From positions 1 through 61,109 of IMG/VR virus record IMGVR_UViG_3300009593_000019: 61,109 nt of DNA; one strand, 5' to 3'. Origin of the DNA: a virus (taxonomy: Duplodnaviria > Caudoviricetes). The notes beneath the pieces were generated by a model. It was not told the origin of the DNA. It saw only the letters and a list, made by a program, of their open reading frames with translations, and searched no databases. This document shows positions 28,804-36,438 of the stretch, piece by piece. Positions within the stretch are counted from its first letter, which is position 1; each line of letters opens with the position of its first letter. A program made the position numbers and the translations under genes.

Positions 28804-29112
28804 ATGCCGACATATTCATTTAAAAATACTAAAACAGGTGAAGAATTTACTGAATTAATGGGTATTTCTGAAAAAGAGAAGTATCTAAAGAAGAACAAAC
28901 ATATTCAGCAAATGGTTACTTCTATAAATATTATAAGTGGAACAGGATACAATAGTAGAATTAAAAATGATAGCGGATGGAAAGAACTACAATCAAAAAT
29001 TGCCGAACGCAATCCAGGCTCAGCGTTTGCACAAAAGCACGGCAAAAGGTCTATAAAGGACATCAAAACTAGACAAGTCTTACAAAAACATAAAATATTA
29101 CCGAAAGATTAA
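28804..29112 (+). CDS. FmdB-like putative regulatory protein (Cys-less variant)
   Basis: MPTYSFKNTKTGE N-terminus; D.GWKE motif. Confidence 0.65.
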   Translation: MPTYSFKNTKTGEEFTELMGISEKEKYLKKNKHIQQMVTSINIISGTGYNSRIKNDSGWKELQSKIAERNPGSAFAQKHGKRSIKDIKTRQVLQKHKILPKD

Positions 29113-29340
29113 ATGAAACATATTGCTATATTGATACTATTCTTATCCACGGCCGGTTGTAGTGCTAACTTTTCAGGACTATTTACGGTAGGTGGTATGA
29201 CAAGTGCCGCTATAAGTAAAAACAATGTGAGTATGGCGTATAGTGCTATAGATTTAGGTGTTCAAGCAAAAACAAAGAAACCTATTAGAGAACACGCTTT
29301 CACACATTTTGCAGAATTAACGGAGGAAGAAGATGAGTAG
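29113..29340 (+). CDS. Small lipoprotein
   Basis: Lipobox TAGC. Confidence 0.65.
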   Translation: MKHIAILILFLSTAGCSANFSGLFTVGGMTSAAISKNNVSMAYSAIDLGVQAKTKKPIREHAFTHFAELTEEEDE

Positions 29341-29725
29341 AGATATACCTGATTATATGAGAGGGTTTGATTTAAATGATGATACTTGGGGTGTCGGACC
29401 ATCGGTTGCGGAAGTACCGAAGTCACCATCAATTGACCCGAAAAAAATAGATAGTCAATCTGCTGAACTATCTACTATTAAAAATGATGTATCAGATATT
29501 AAGTCAGCGATGAATGAGATAATGCAGATAGTTGCTGAGAAAGATACAATAACAAAAGAAATCACAGATGAGGACACACAAAAACGATTTAAAGAGATAG
29601 AAAAAATCATTTTACCTTTTCTGTATAATCTATCTAAAACGGAGGAACCGTATATCCACTGGCCGAATAGAGGACCTATTATTAAGGCACAGATTGAGAA
29701 AATACTAAAACTAACAAGGGGGTAA
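29333..29725 (+). CDS. Conserved hypothetical protein (PFL.NL....YI.WPNR motif)
   Basis: GGAGG RBS; motif typical of T4-like phages. Confidence 0.7.
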   Translation: MSRDIPDYMRGFDLNDDTWGVGPSVAEVPKSPSIDPKKIDSQSAELSTIKNDVSDIKSAMNEIMQIVAEKDTITKEITDEDTQKRFKEIEKIILPFLYNLSKTEEPYIHWPNRGPIIKAQIEKILKLTRG

Positions 29726-29728
29726 TTT

Positions 29729-29884
29729 ATGTCCAGTAAAATGGCACACAAAGAACTGAAAAAGGAAGTGAATGTATTAGAACAAGCAAGGAAAGAAGAT
29801 AGGAGCTTTGAAAGTTGGAGAAAACTGAAAGAAGCGAAAAAACTTAAACTAAAGGCAAAGGAAAAATTAAATGAAATTAAGTAA
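29729..29884 (+). CDS. Small coiled-coil protein (DUF465/YdcH-like, 51 aa)
   Basis: HKELKKEV..LE...LKEAKKLKLKAKEKL; GGGGG RBS. Confidence 0.55.
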   Translation: MSSKMAHKELKKEVNVLEQARKEDRSFESWRKLKEAKKLKLKAKEKLNEIK

Positions 29885-30341
29885 GAATTTTAGTCTGAAG
29901 GAACTAACTGCTTCGCAAACAGCGGAACGGAAAGGTATTAACAATAATCCTAATGACGACCATATTACTAATATGCAGAAGTTGGCTGAGAATATTCTAC
30001 AACCAGTTAGAGACCATTATGCTACACCTGTAACCGTATCAAGCGGGTTCAGAAGTGAAGAGTTATGTGTTGCTATCGGAAGTAGTGTTAATTCACAGCA
30101 CGCTAAAGGGCAAGCCGCCGATTTTGAAATCTTTGGTGTCCCGAATGCTGAATTAGCAAAATGGATTGCTGAAAATTTAGACTTTGACCAGCTGATATTA
30201 GAGTACCATAAGACAGATGAACCTAATAGTGGTTGGATCCATTGCTCATATAAGTCACCTACAGATAATAGGAAACAGACTTTAAGAGCATTTAGGAATG
30301 ACCAAGGTAAGACGCAATACGAAGAATACAAGCCAGAGTGA
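29871..30341 (+). CDS. Peptidase M15A (D-Ala-D-Ala carboxypeptidase-like), putative endolysin
   Basis: LSKNFSL.E, SSGFR, SQHAKGQAAD, FDQLILE and WIHCSY motifs. Confidence 0.9.
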   Translation: MKLSKNFSLKELTASQTAERKGINNNPNDDHITNMQKLAENILQPVRDHYATPVTVSSGFRSEELCVAIGSSVNSQHAKGQAADFEIFGVPNAELAKWIAENLDFDQLILEYHKTDEPNSGWIHCSYKSPTDNRKQTLRAFRNDQGKTQYEEYKPE

Positions 30342-30392
30342 GCGCTCGGCGAGTTTTCTAAAGACGATATTAATAATATGTACATTAAAGGC

Positions 30393-30428
30393 TAGGTGCT
30401 TGACAAATGTATCGTGTGATGATATAAT
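30393..30428 (+). promoter_or_regulatory. sigma70-type promoter (TAGGTGCTTGACAA class)
   Basis: TTGACA 30400-05, 17-nt spacer, TATAAT 30423-28. Confidence 0.85.
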
Positions 30429-30458
30429 GAGAGACAATTAAACATAAGGAACAATATA

Positions 30459-31157
30459 ATGGCTAAAGAATTTAAGTTTGTTGAGTTGAATAAAGACTTA
30501 CTGCCTAAAACAAAAGGCAAAAGACAAGACGGTATCCGTTTTTACGAAGTAAACGGACATAACTATCCTTCTGTAACCTCAATTCTAGGTATCAGAAAAA
30601 CAGAAGGTCTAAAGAAATGGCGAGAGAGTATTGGTGAGAATGTCGCTAACTTTGAAATGCGAAGAGCAGCCTCTCGTGGTAAAGCAACTCACAATCTAGT
30701 AGAGAATTATCTTAAAGGTGAAGCACCGAGTGAAAGAGGTGTATTACCTCTAGGTCTATTCAGGTTGATGAAACCATACCTTGATAACATTGGTGATATA
30801 CACCTTGTTGAAGAGATAATGTATTCAAAAGAATTAACACTTGCCGGTCAGGTAGATTGTGTCGCACAATATAGAGACAAATTGTCCGTTATTGATTTCA
30901 AAACAGCGAACAAAGAAAAGATTGAAGAGTGGGTAGACAATTACTTCTTACAAACTACTGCTTATGCAATAATGTATGAGGAGATATTCGGTAAACCGAT
31001 TGAACAAATTGTCGTACTTATCGCAGGTGAAGATGGCTCTATGCAAGAATGGGTTAAGAATCCACAAGATTACAAACCTGAACTAAAAAAATCTATTGAA
31101 AACTTTTATAAATATTACGAGAATAAAAAGTTAGAAACAGACAAACAGACAGCATAG
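30459..31157 (+). CDS. PD-(D/E)XK exonuclease (Cas4-like phage exonuclease)
   Basis: YPSVTSIL, RG..TH, LAGQVDC, IDFKT and YFLQ..AYA motifs. Confidence 0.85.
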   Translation: MAKEFKFVELNKDLLPKTKGKRQDGIRFYEVNGHNYPSVTSILGIRKTEGLKKWRESIGENVANFEMRRAASRGKATHNLVENYLKGEAPSERGVLPLGLFRLMKPYLDNIGDIHLVEEIMYSKELTLAGQVDCVAQYRDKLSVIDFKTANKEKIEEWVDNYFLQTTAYAIMYEEIFGKPIEQIVVLIAGEDGSMQEWVKNPQDYKPELKKSIENFYKYYENKKLETDKQTA

Positions 31158-31205
31158 ATTAAGAAGGTGATTTGATGTCCTTTCTACTTTAACGAAAAGG
31201 ACAAT

Positions 31206-31541
31206 ATGAAAAAACTACTAATCTTTGTTATGTTATTGATGACAAGTTTAGTATATGCAGACCATAGAGAAGATATATTTTATTCATCACAGGTCCCGAT
31301 GTTGTGTACAAGTGCTCCTCAAATGAACGAGTTTTTGGACCACAACAATATGAAACCATTAAGTATTGGTTTCGGTCGTAATCAAGGAACGCCTGATGGT
31401 GATATAGTTTATGCCATAACTCACTGGTACAATGCAGAAGATGATATGTTTATGGCAGTAATAGAAACACCGGCACAAGGTGAGAAATGTATTGTGTATG
31501 GAATTTATAATTACAAGGAAGTAAATGAAAAAAATAATTAG
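31206..31541 (+). CDS. Secreted hypothetical protein
   Basis: Signal peptide ending VYA; two Cys residues. Confidence 0.7.
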   Translation: MKKLLIFVMLLMTSLVYADHREDIFYSSQVPMLCTSAPQMNEFLDHNNMKPLSIGFGRNQGTPDGDIVYAITHWYNAEDDMFMAVIETPAQGEKCIVYGIYNYKEVNEKNN

Positions 31542-31719
31542 TATTATATTTTTAGCAGGACTATTAAGTGCGTGTGCTATCAATGAACCTAGAGTTTCTT
31601 TTGGTAAGAAATGTGTAGAGAAAGACAACAATGTTGTTTACTCATATGTTTGGTTATACGATAAAGAAGCAGGTTTAAATGCAAACGAGAAGACTTGCGA
31701 AAAAATTAAAAAAGATTAA
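31525..31719 (+). CDS. Small lipoprotein
   Basis: Lipobox LSAC. Confidence 0.7.
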   Translation: MKKIISIIFLAGLLSACAINEPRVSFGKKCVEKDNNVVYSYVWLYDKEAGLNANEKTCEKIKKD

Positions 31720-31957
31720 TCGTTGATGGTGGTGTAATAACCGGACTGGACTCGGGTGCAACTCCCGACACCTCCACCATAAACACATTAAGGTGTGCTT
31801 ATGGGGGGTGTGTTAGGATTGACAGACGACTAAAGACCTTCGGAGATTGATAGTTGGCGAACTTAAACGCAATTTTAAATGGCAACAATAATTTTGCCCT
31901 TGCTGCCTAGTTAATAGGTAACGGAGTTAGTGAAGTACTTGGCAACAGAAACTTCAC
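31720..31957 (+). ncRNA. ssrA: Two-piece (circularly permuted) tmRNA, alphaproteobacterial type; tag (A)GNNNFALAA
   Basis: T-arm plus CACCTCCACCA (ends 31779) precedes GGGGGTG (31804), forming a 7-bp acceptor stem with G3.U70. Tag ORF 31881-31910 ends ALAA. 3' hairpin contains TGGCAACAGAA. Confidence 0.9.
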
Positions 31958-31978
31958 ATTTTCTATAGGAGAAAGAAA

Positions 31979-32257
31979 ATGGATACGGTTTATCTAATAG
32001 TGGCGATGTTATTGAACATAGAAACAGGTATCGTAGAACCTCGCCATCACGCAGCTTACAAATTTGACACATTACCAGAATGTATGCAATTCGTAAATTC
32101 ACAATACGAAGGCTTATATGGTGGTCTGGTATATAAACTACAAGAAGAAGGTAAGGTAACAACACAAATAATCAATATAGGTTGTGCCGAAATGTCTGAA
32201 CAAGACGCATTAGATTTTATGAAAGAGCACGAAATCAAACCTGGTGTAGGTGCTTGA
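31979..32257 (+). CDS. Hypothetical protein (hydrophobic N-terminus, F...C...C pattern)
   Basis: AGGAG RBS. Confidence 0.7.
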   Translation: MDTVYLIVAMLLNIETGIVEPRHHAAYKFDTLPECMQFVNSQYEGLYGGLVYKLQEEGKVTTQIINIGCAEMSEQDALDFMKEHEIKPGVGA

Positions 32258-32282
32258 CAAACTAACTATAACCTGATATAGT
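32247..32282 (+). promoter_or_regulatory. sigma70-type promoter (TAGGTGCTTGACAA class)
   Basis: TTGACA-17-TATAGT; the -35 overlaps the upstream stop codon. Confidence 0.8.
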
Positions 32283-32288
32283 AAGAGA

Positions 32289-32501
32289 ATGAATAGTAAA
32301 CAATTTAGTTTAGAAATAGAAAACTACAAGAAAGAACATAAAGGCATATCTTATATGGATGCCATTGTTCATTATTGTGAAGAGAGAAGTATTGATACGG
32401 CAACGGTCGGTCCTTTAATTAACAAGGCTTTAAAAGAAAAGGTTGCTTTAGAGTGTCAGAAATTAAATCTGTTACCTAAAACAAGCGAGTTGCCTATATA
32501 A
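32289..32501 (+). CDS. gp33: Late promoter transcription accessory protein (gp33-like)
   Basis: FS.EIE...YMDAIVHYCEE..I...LI.K.LKEK pattern; adjacent to gp59 and gp32. Confidence 0.88.
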   Translation: MNSKQFSLEIENYKKEHKGISYMDAIVHYCEERSIDTATVGPLINKALKEKVALECQKLNLLPKTSELPI

Positions 32502-33106
32502 TGTATGGAGGATTTGATGTATTTAAAATCTGGTTGGGAATAAAATTACACTTCACAACAGATACTTACGATTATATTACCTATGGTGGTAAAGTTAATT
32601 GTAAGATAGAGACTTTTACAAAACGAAATGATAGGTACTTCTTTCATAAACTTTCTAAAAAATATAACGCAGAAGAAGCAGTTGATTTCTTTGTGGCAAA
32701 CTTTTTGCATAAAGACAAAGCCTGGATTGGAAATCTTGCTAAGTCTGATGGCGCTGATATATACTTGGATTACAAGAAGCGTAAAGATAGTTTTACTTAT
32801 CAGTTTAGGAATGAGTGTAATAGTATTAGGCTTAATATGGATAATAAGCGCCTGTCTTTTGATGACCTTTTTATGGTTAATGGAGGTCAACATCCAATCT
32901 TTTTCAAACTTCTACTATCTAAACAAATATGTTATGAAACTCTTGTGGTCTTTGAAGAGTTATTGGGATTCATTAGAAGATGGGATAAAGAGATTGAGGA
33001 AAAAGTAGTATGGCCAATATATGCAAAACGAATAAAGAAGTTTACGCCATTTTTACGATACAATAGAACAGAAACTAAATTGATTATGAAAGAGATTTTT
33101 AATTGA
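32501..33106 (+). CDS. gp59: Helicase loader (gp59-like)
   Basis: KLHF...YDY..Y.GK...F.KR.DRYFF.KL...FFVANF...WIG pattern; synteny. Confidence 0.88.
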   Translation: MYGGFDVFKIWLGIKLHFTTDTYDYITYGGKVNCKIETFTKRNDRYFFHKLSKKYNAEEAVDFFVANFLHKDKAWIGNLAKSDGADIYLDYKKRKDSFTYQFRNECNSIRLNMDNKRLSFDDLFMVNGGQHPIFFKLLLSKQICYETLVVFEELLGFIRRWDKEIEEKVVWPIYAKRIKKFTPFLRYNRTETKLIMKEIFN

Positions 33107-33417
33107 GTATGACAGAATACAAAAAGAAACTTGATGATAAGATTAAAGAATTAAATAGTACCAGAGTTTTTAAGAAGATAACACCTAAAGGTGATTTATC
33201 GTGGTACATTAAATGGATTTCTAGTGTTATTATTCTCACTGGAATGGTGTTGACATCAATACCTATATCGCCTATGAACCTATATTTTCACTTTACAGGT
33301 GTTGTAGGTTGGTTTATAGTAGGTATGTTGTGGCACGATAGGGCACTTATAATGTTAAATGCAGTAGCAGCCGTGATATTTGCTACAGGCATATTAAATT
33401 CATACATAGGTGCTTGA
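33103..33417 (+). CDS. 3-TM membrane protein (DUF6552-like)
   Basis: WYIKW...P.NL...GW..VG.LWHDRALI.LN pattern. Confidence 0.7.
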   Translation: MSMTEYKKKLDDKIKELNSTRVFKKITPKGDLSWYIKWISSVIILTGMVLTSIPISPMNLYFHFTGVVGWFIVGMLWHDRALIMLNAVAAVIFATGILNSYIGA

Positions 33418-33442
33418 CAAAAGAATAAAAAGGTGTTATATT
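33407..33442 (+). promoter_or_regulatory. sigma70-type promoter (TAGGTGCTTGACAA class)
   Basis: TTGACA-17-TATATT with TG extension. Confidence 0.75.
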
Positions 33443-33449
33443 AGATACA

Positions 33450-33623
33450 ATGTTTGACAGATTTATATATTTGACATTAGACAAAATTGTTAATCTTTGT
33501 GAAAAGGCAAAGACTTTCATTAAAGAAAGAAAGTTGCCTAAAGAGTGCAAACAAGATTGGCAAACTGGTTATAAGAAGTGGAAAAGGCAGAATGAACATA
33601 AAAATGCTGATGATTGTCAATAG
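33450..33623 (+). CDS. Small hypothetical protein (57 aa), probably leaderless
   Basis: MFDRFIYLTLDKIVNLCEK...; ATG 8 nt after the -10 box. Confidence 0.55.
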   Translation: MFDRFIYLTLDKIVNLCEKAKTFIKERKLPKECKQDWQTGYKKWKRQNEHKNADDCQ

Positions 33624-33629
33624 AAGATG

Positions 33630-33637
33630 TATAAATA
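33630..33637 (+). promoter_or_regulatory. T4-type late promoter TATAAATA upstream of gp32
   Basis: Exact consensus. Confidence 0.7.
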
Positions 33638-33707
33638 GTAGCATATATAATAATATATACAAAACATACAATAATACAAATACGAAATACATACAAGGAG
33701 AAAAATT

Positions 33708-34610
33708 ATGGATTTTGAAAGTCTAAAAAATAGTCAAAGCAATTTTGACAAATTGACGAAACAAATAGAAGCAAACCTCAATCCTGAGGATGCTGCTAAA
33801 ACTAAAAACAAATACCAAGACGACAGATTGTGGAAACCTGAACTAGATAAAACTGGTAATGGTTATGCTGTGCTAAGGTTTTTACCTGCACCACAGAAAG
33901 AAGAAATGCCGTGGGCTAGAGTATGGTCTCACGCTTTCCAAGGTCCTGGCGGATGGTATATTGAGAACTCTCTAACTACACTTGGTCAAAAGGATCCTGT
34001 GTCAGAAGAGAATACTATATTATGGAACTCTGGTGTTGATAGTGATAAAGAAATCGCTAGAAAACGAAAGAGAAAACTATCGTACTACTCAAACATCTAT
34101 GTTGTGAGTGACCCAAAGCATCCTGAAAACGAAGGCAAAGTTTTCTTATTTAAATTCGGTAAAAAGATTTTTGATAAGATTACAGAAGCAATGCAGCCAG
34201 CGTTTGAAGATGAAAAACCTATTAACCCATTTGATTTCTGGACAGGTGCAAACTTTAAACTGAAAATCAGAAAAGTTGATGGTTTCTGGAATTACGATAA
34301 ATCTGAATTTGAGGCTGTTAGTCCAATCAGTACCGATGATGAAGCAATCAAAGGTATTTGGAACAAACAATATCCTCTGAAGCCATTCCTAGAAGCGGCG
34401 AATTTTAAATCTTATGACGAACTTAAAGAGAAGTTTAATCGTGTGATTGCCGGTTCAAAGAATACCGAGACTGCTAGTGAAATAGACCTCCCACCTACGA
34501 CTGGCGGTGTGGCTGCAACAGCAACCACTTCGGTTAAAAGTAATGAGGCGTCTGGCGTTGAAGATGATGATACATTATCTTACTTTTCAAAACTCGCTGA
34601 AGACGAATAA
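33708..34610 (+). CDS. gp32: Single-stranded DNA-binding protein (gp32-like)
   Basis: D.R.WK...DKTGNGYAVLRFLPAP, WYIEN, FGKKI.DKI and GANFKLK motifs; acidic tail. Confidence 0.96.
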   Translation: MDFESLKNSQSNFDKLTKQIEANLNPEDAAKTKNKYQDDRLWKPELDKTGNGYAVLRFLPAPQKEEMPWARVWSHAFQGPGGWYIENSLTTLGQKDPVSEENTILWNSGVDSDKEIARKRKRKLSYYSNIYVVSDPKHPENEGKVFLFKFGKKIFDKITEAMQPAFEDEKPINPFDFWTGANFKLKIRKVDGFWNYDKSEFEAVSPISTDDEAIKGIWNKQYPLKPFLEAANFKSYDELKEKFNRVIAGSKNTETASEIDLPPTTGGVAATATTSVKSNEASGVEDDDTLSYFSKLAEDE

Positions 34611-34639
34611 TCTCTCTCTTTCCTACATTACTTTAAAAG

Positions 34640-34673
34640 CAAAGGGTACCTTTTACGGTACCCTTTGTCATTT
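34640..34673 (+). terminator. Terminator hairpin after gp32
   Basis: 11-bp perfect stem CAAAGGGTACC/GGTACCCTTTG. Confidence 0.75.
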
Positions 34674-34677
34674 CTAT

Positions 34678-34685
34678 TATAAATA
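34678..34685 (+). promoter_or_regulatory. T4-type late promoter TATAAATA
   Basis: Exact consensus 9 nt before the gp2 ATG. Confidence 0.8.
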
Positions 34686-34693
34686 TATGTGTT

Positions 34694-35245
34694 ATGGCAA
34701 TATCTATATTTGACCCAATTGTACAAAAACAAGGAGACACCAGAAAGTCTGGTGCTTGGTATCGTAAGGCTGTCAGCAGTATAGCTGATAAATCGCAGGC
34801 AAGAGCATTAATGAGAGCAGGCCAACTAATTAGTAGACCTTCTCAAGGACGATTGAACTTATTTTTTTATGACCCTAAATTTAAACGAACACTACCTTAT
34901 TACGACACATTCCCATTAGTATTACCATTAGAACCGATTAAAGGTGGATTTATTGGAATGAATTTTCATTATCTACCTCCTGCAATGAGATTTACTCTAC
35001 TCGCAAGAATGGATAAATTCTTATCCGGTGATATGATAAGACCTAACACGAAATACGAAGTATCCTATGATAGTGTGAAGAACATACCTATGGTTAAACC
35101 AACTCTTCATAAATATCTTTATAGTAATGTACGAAGTCAGTTTTTGCGTATTAATGCGTCTGAAGCTGCAATAGCAGTATACTTGCCAGTACAACAATTT
35201 AGAAAACAACCAGCGACTACCGTTTGGCGTAGAAGCAGAAATTAG
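34694..35245 (+). CDS. gp2: DNA end protector protein (gp2-like)
   Basis: FFYDPK.K..LPYYD.FPL...G.NFHYLP and YL.S.VRS motifs. Confidence 0.9.
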   Translation: MAISIFDPIVQKQGDTRKSGAWYRKAVSSIADKSQARALMRAGQLISRPSQGRLNLFFYDPKFKRTLPYYDTFPLVLPLEPIKGGFIGMNFHYLPPAMRFTLLARMDKFLSGDMIRPNTKYEVSYDSVKNIPMVKPTLHKYLYSNVRSQFLRINASEAAIAVYLPVQQFRKQPATTVWRRSRN

Positions 35246-35282
35246 TAGAGGACTTTTATGATGAATAAGAGTAATAAGGTAA

Positions 35283-35438
35283 ATGGCAAGAAGAACTTTT
35301 TGGCGAGTATGTGTCGTCAAGTTGAGAATGTTGTGGTGCGATATTAGAGGCCATCACGGACATAAGTGGGATTACGAACCTGGAGATTATTATTTAGGAA
35401 TGCGTAAATCAAAATATTGGAATAGTAAACACAAATAG
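35283..35438 (+). CDS. Small basic hypothetical protein (51 aa)
   Basis: TAAGGT RBS; MARRTFWRV...GHHGHKWDYEP. Confidence 0.6.
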   Translation: MARRTFWRVCVVKLRMLWCDIRGHHGHKWDYEPGDYYLGMRKSKYWNSKHK

Positions 35439-35450
35439 AGAGAAACAGAT

Positions 35451-36410
35451 ATGGCAATTTTAAGAGGCGGAAAAAGAATTGGTGGTATGGATATCAGATT
35501 AGGTATTCCTAGAGACCGTGCCTTTGACAATATCAACCGAGACCCGAAGTTAAAACAAAGGGTAGGTGCAAACCCAGCGACAACAATAGGTAGATACCAA
35601 TCCTATGTAAATGAAGCAGAAGGTTTTGCTCGTAAGGCTAGATATTATGTCGTCTTTGAATTACCAACTGGTGGTAAGATTGCAGGTGCAATGGACTTTG
35701 GTGGTTCAGTACCTGGTGGTGATGGTATGGTACACGGTAGTGATATAAGAAGATACTCAAACGAAGCAAACTTGCAACGAAGAGTACAAGCCTTTGTATC
35801 AGAAGTGAATATGCCTGCTAGAACAATGAAAACAAAAGCAGTAAAACATAATGGTCCACCAAGACACATTGTTTACGATTATGAAATGGCAGATGTTTCT
35901 ATGACATTTTATACAGACAAATATATGAGAGAAAGAATATTTTTTGAAATGTGGCAGAAGACTGCCTTTTCAAATATAACTCACAACTATGCGTACTATG
36001 ATGAGTATGTAGCACCGATTAATATTCTTCAATTAGGTGCAGACCCAGGAGCACAAGAACGAGACGGTGCAACATATGGTGTTAGATTGTGGGAAGCGTA
36101 TCCAGTTTCAGTAGGTGATGTATCGTATGCTTCAGGTTCAAATGAAGTACAGACATTTACCGTACAATTTAAATATAGATACTGGTTGAATTTTGCGTTA
36201 GACCAACAAAACAAATTTCAAATTGGTCAATCGCATTTTAATAATGCTGTTGTAAAAGAAGGAGACACAGGATTTTTAAGTAAATTACCACCTGAATTGA
36301 GAAGAGCAGGTGAAGGTGTGTTGCAAAACTTGAAGAGGTCATTCCCAATCGGTAAGATTACTGGTGGTAGAGTTATGCCTCCGTTCAAGTTTGGACCCCT
36401 AAATATATAA
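35451..36410 (+). CDS. Baseplate-tail tube initiator / tail-tube-fold protein (gp54/gp19-like)
   Basis: V.MP.R..., TFY.D...R.FFE.WQ and EAYP..VG...Y...FTV.F.YRYW tube-fold motifs. Confidence 0.7.
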   Translation: MAILRGGKRIGGMDIRLGIPRDRAFDNINRDPKLKQRVGANPATTIGRYQSYVNEAEGFARKARYYVVFELPTGGKIAGAMDFGGSVPGGDGMVHGSDIRRYSNEANLQRRVQAFVSEVNMPARTMKTKAVKHNGPPRHIVYDYEMADVSMTFYTDKYMRERIFFEMWQKTAFSNITHNYAYYDEYVAPINILQLGADPGAQERDGATYGVRLWEAYPVSVGDVSYASGSNEVQTFTVQFKYRYWLNFALDQQNKFQIGQSHFNNAVVKEGDTGFLSKLPPELRRAGEGVLQNLKRSFPIGKITGGRVMPPFKFGPLNI

Positions 36411-36438
36411 TAGTAAATAATAAGGAGATGATAACAAT

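Noticed and set aside
30339-30395. TGA readthrough or recoding of the M15A gene (frame stays open for 17 codons)
   Set aside because: TGA is a normal stop in other genes here, the domain is complete, and the GC-rich stretch fits a terminator-like hairpin; a short open tail is expected by chance.
30459-31157. Cas4 as evidence of CRISPR-Cas
   Set aside because: No repeat-spacer array or other cas genes were seen; this nuclease is a standard T4-like phage gene.
31161-31204. SAM-II/SAM-V riboswitch (UGAUUU present)
   Set aside because: Lacks the 3' GCUAAA/CACUAAA-type element and pseudoknot pairing; kept only as a generic RBS hairpin.
31745-31779. Stand-alone tRNA gene
   Set aside because: Only a T-arm and acceptor 3' half are present, with no anticodon arm; explained as the acceptor piece of the permuted tmRNA.
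32628-33008. 126-aa plus-strand ORF nested in gp59
   Set aside because: No RBS or recognisable motif; likely an incidental open frame.
33487-33726. 79-aa ORF overlapping the gp32 leader
   Set aside because: A better ORF (33450-33623) starts at the promoter, and this frame runs through the low-complexity leader.
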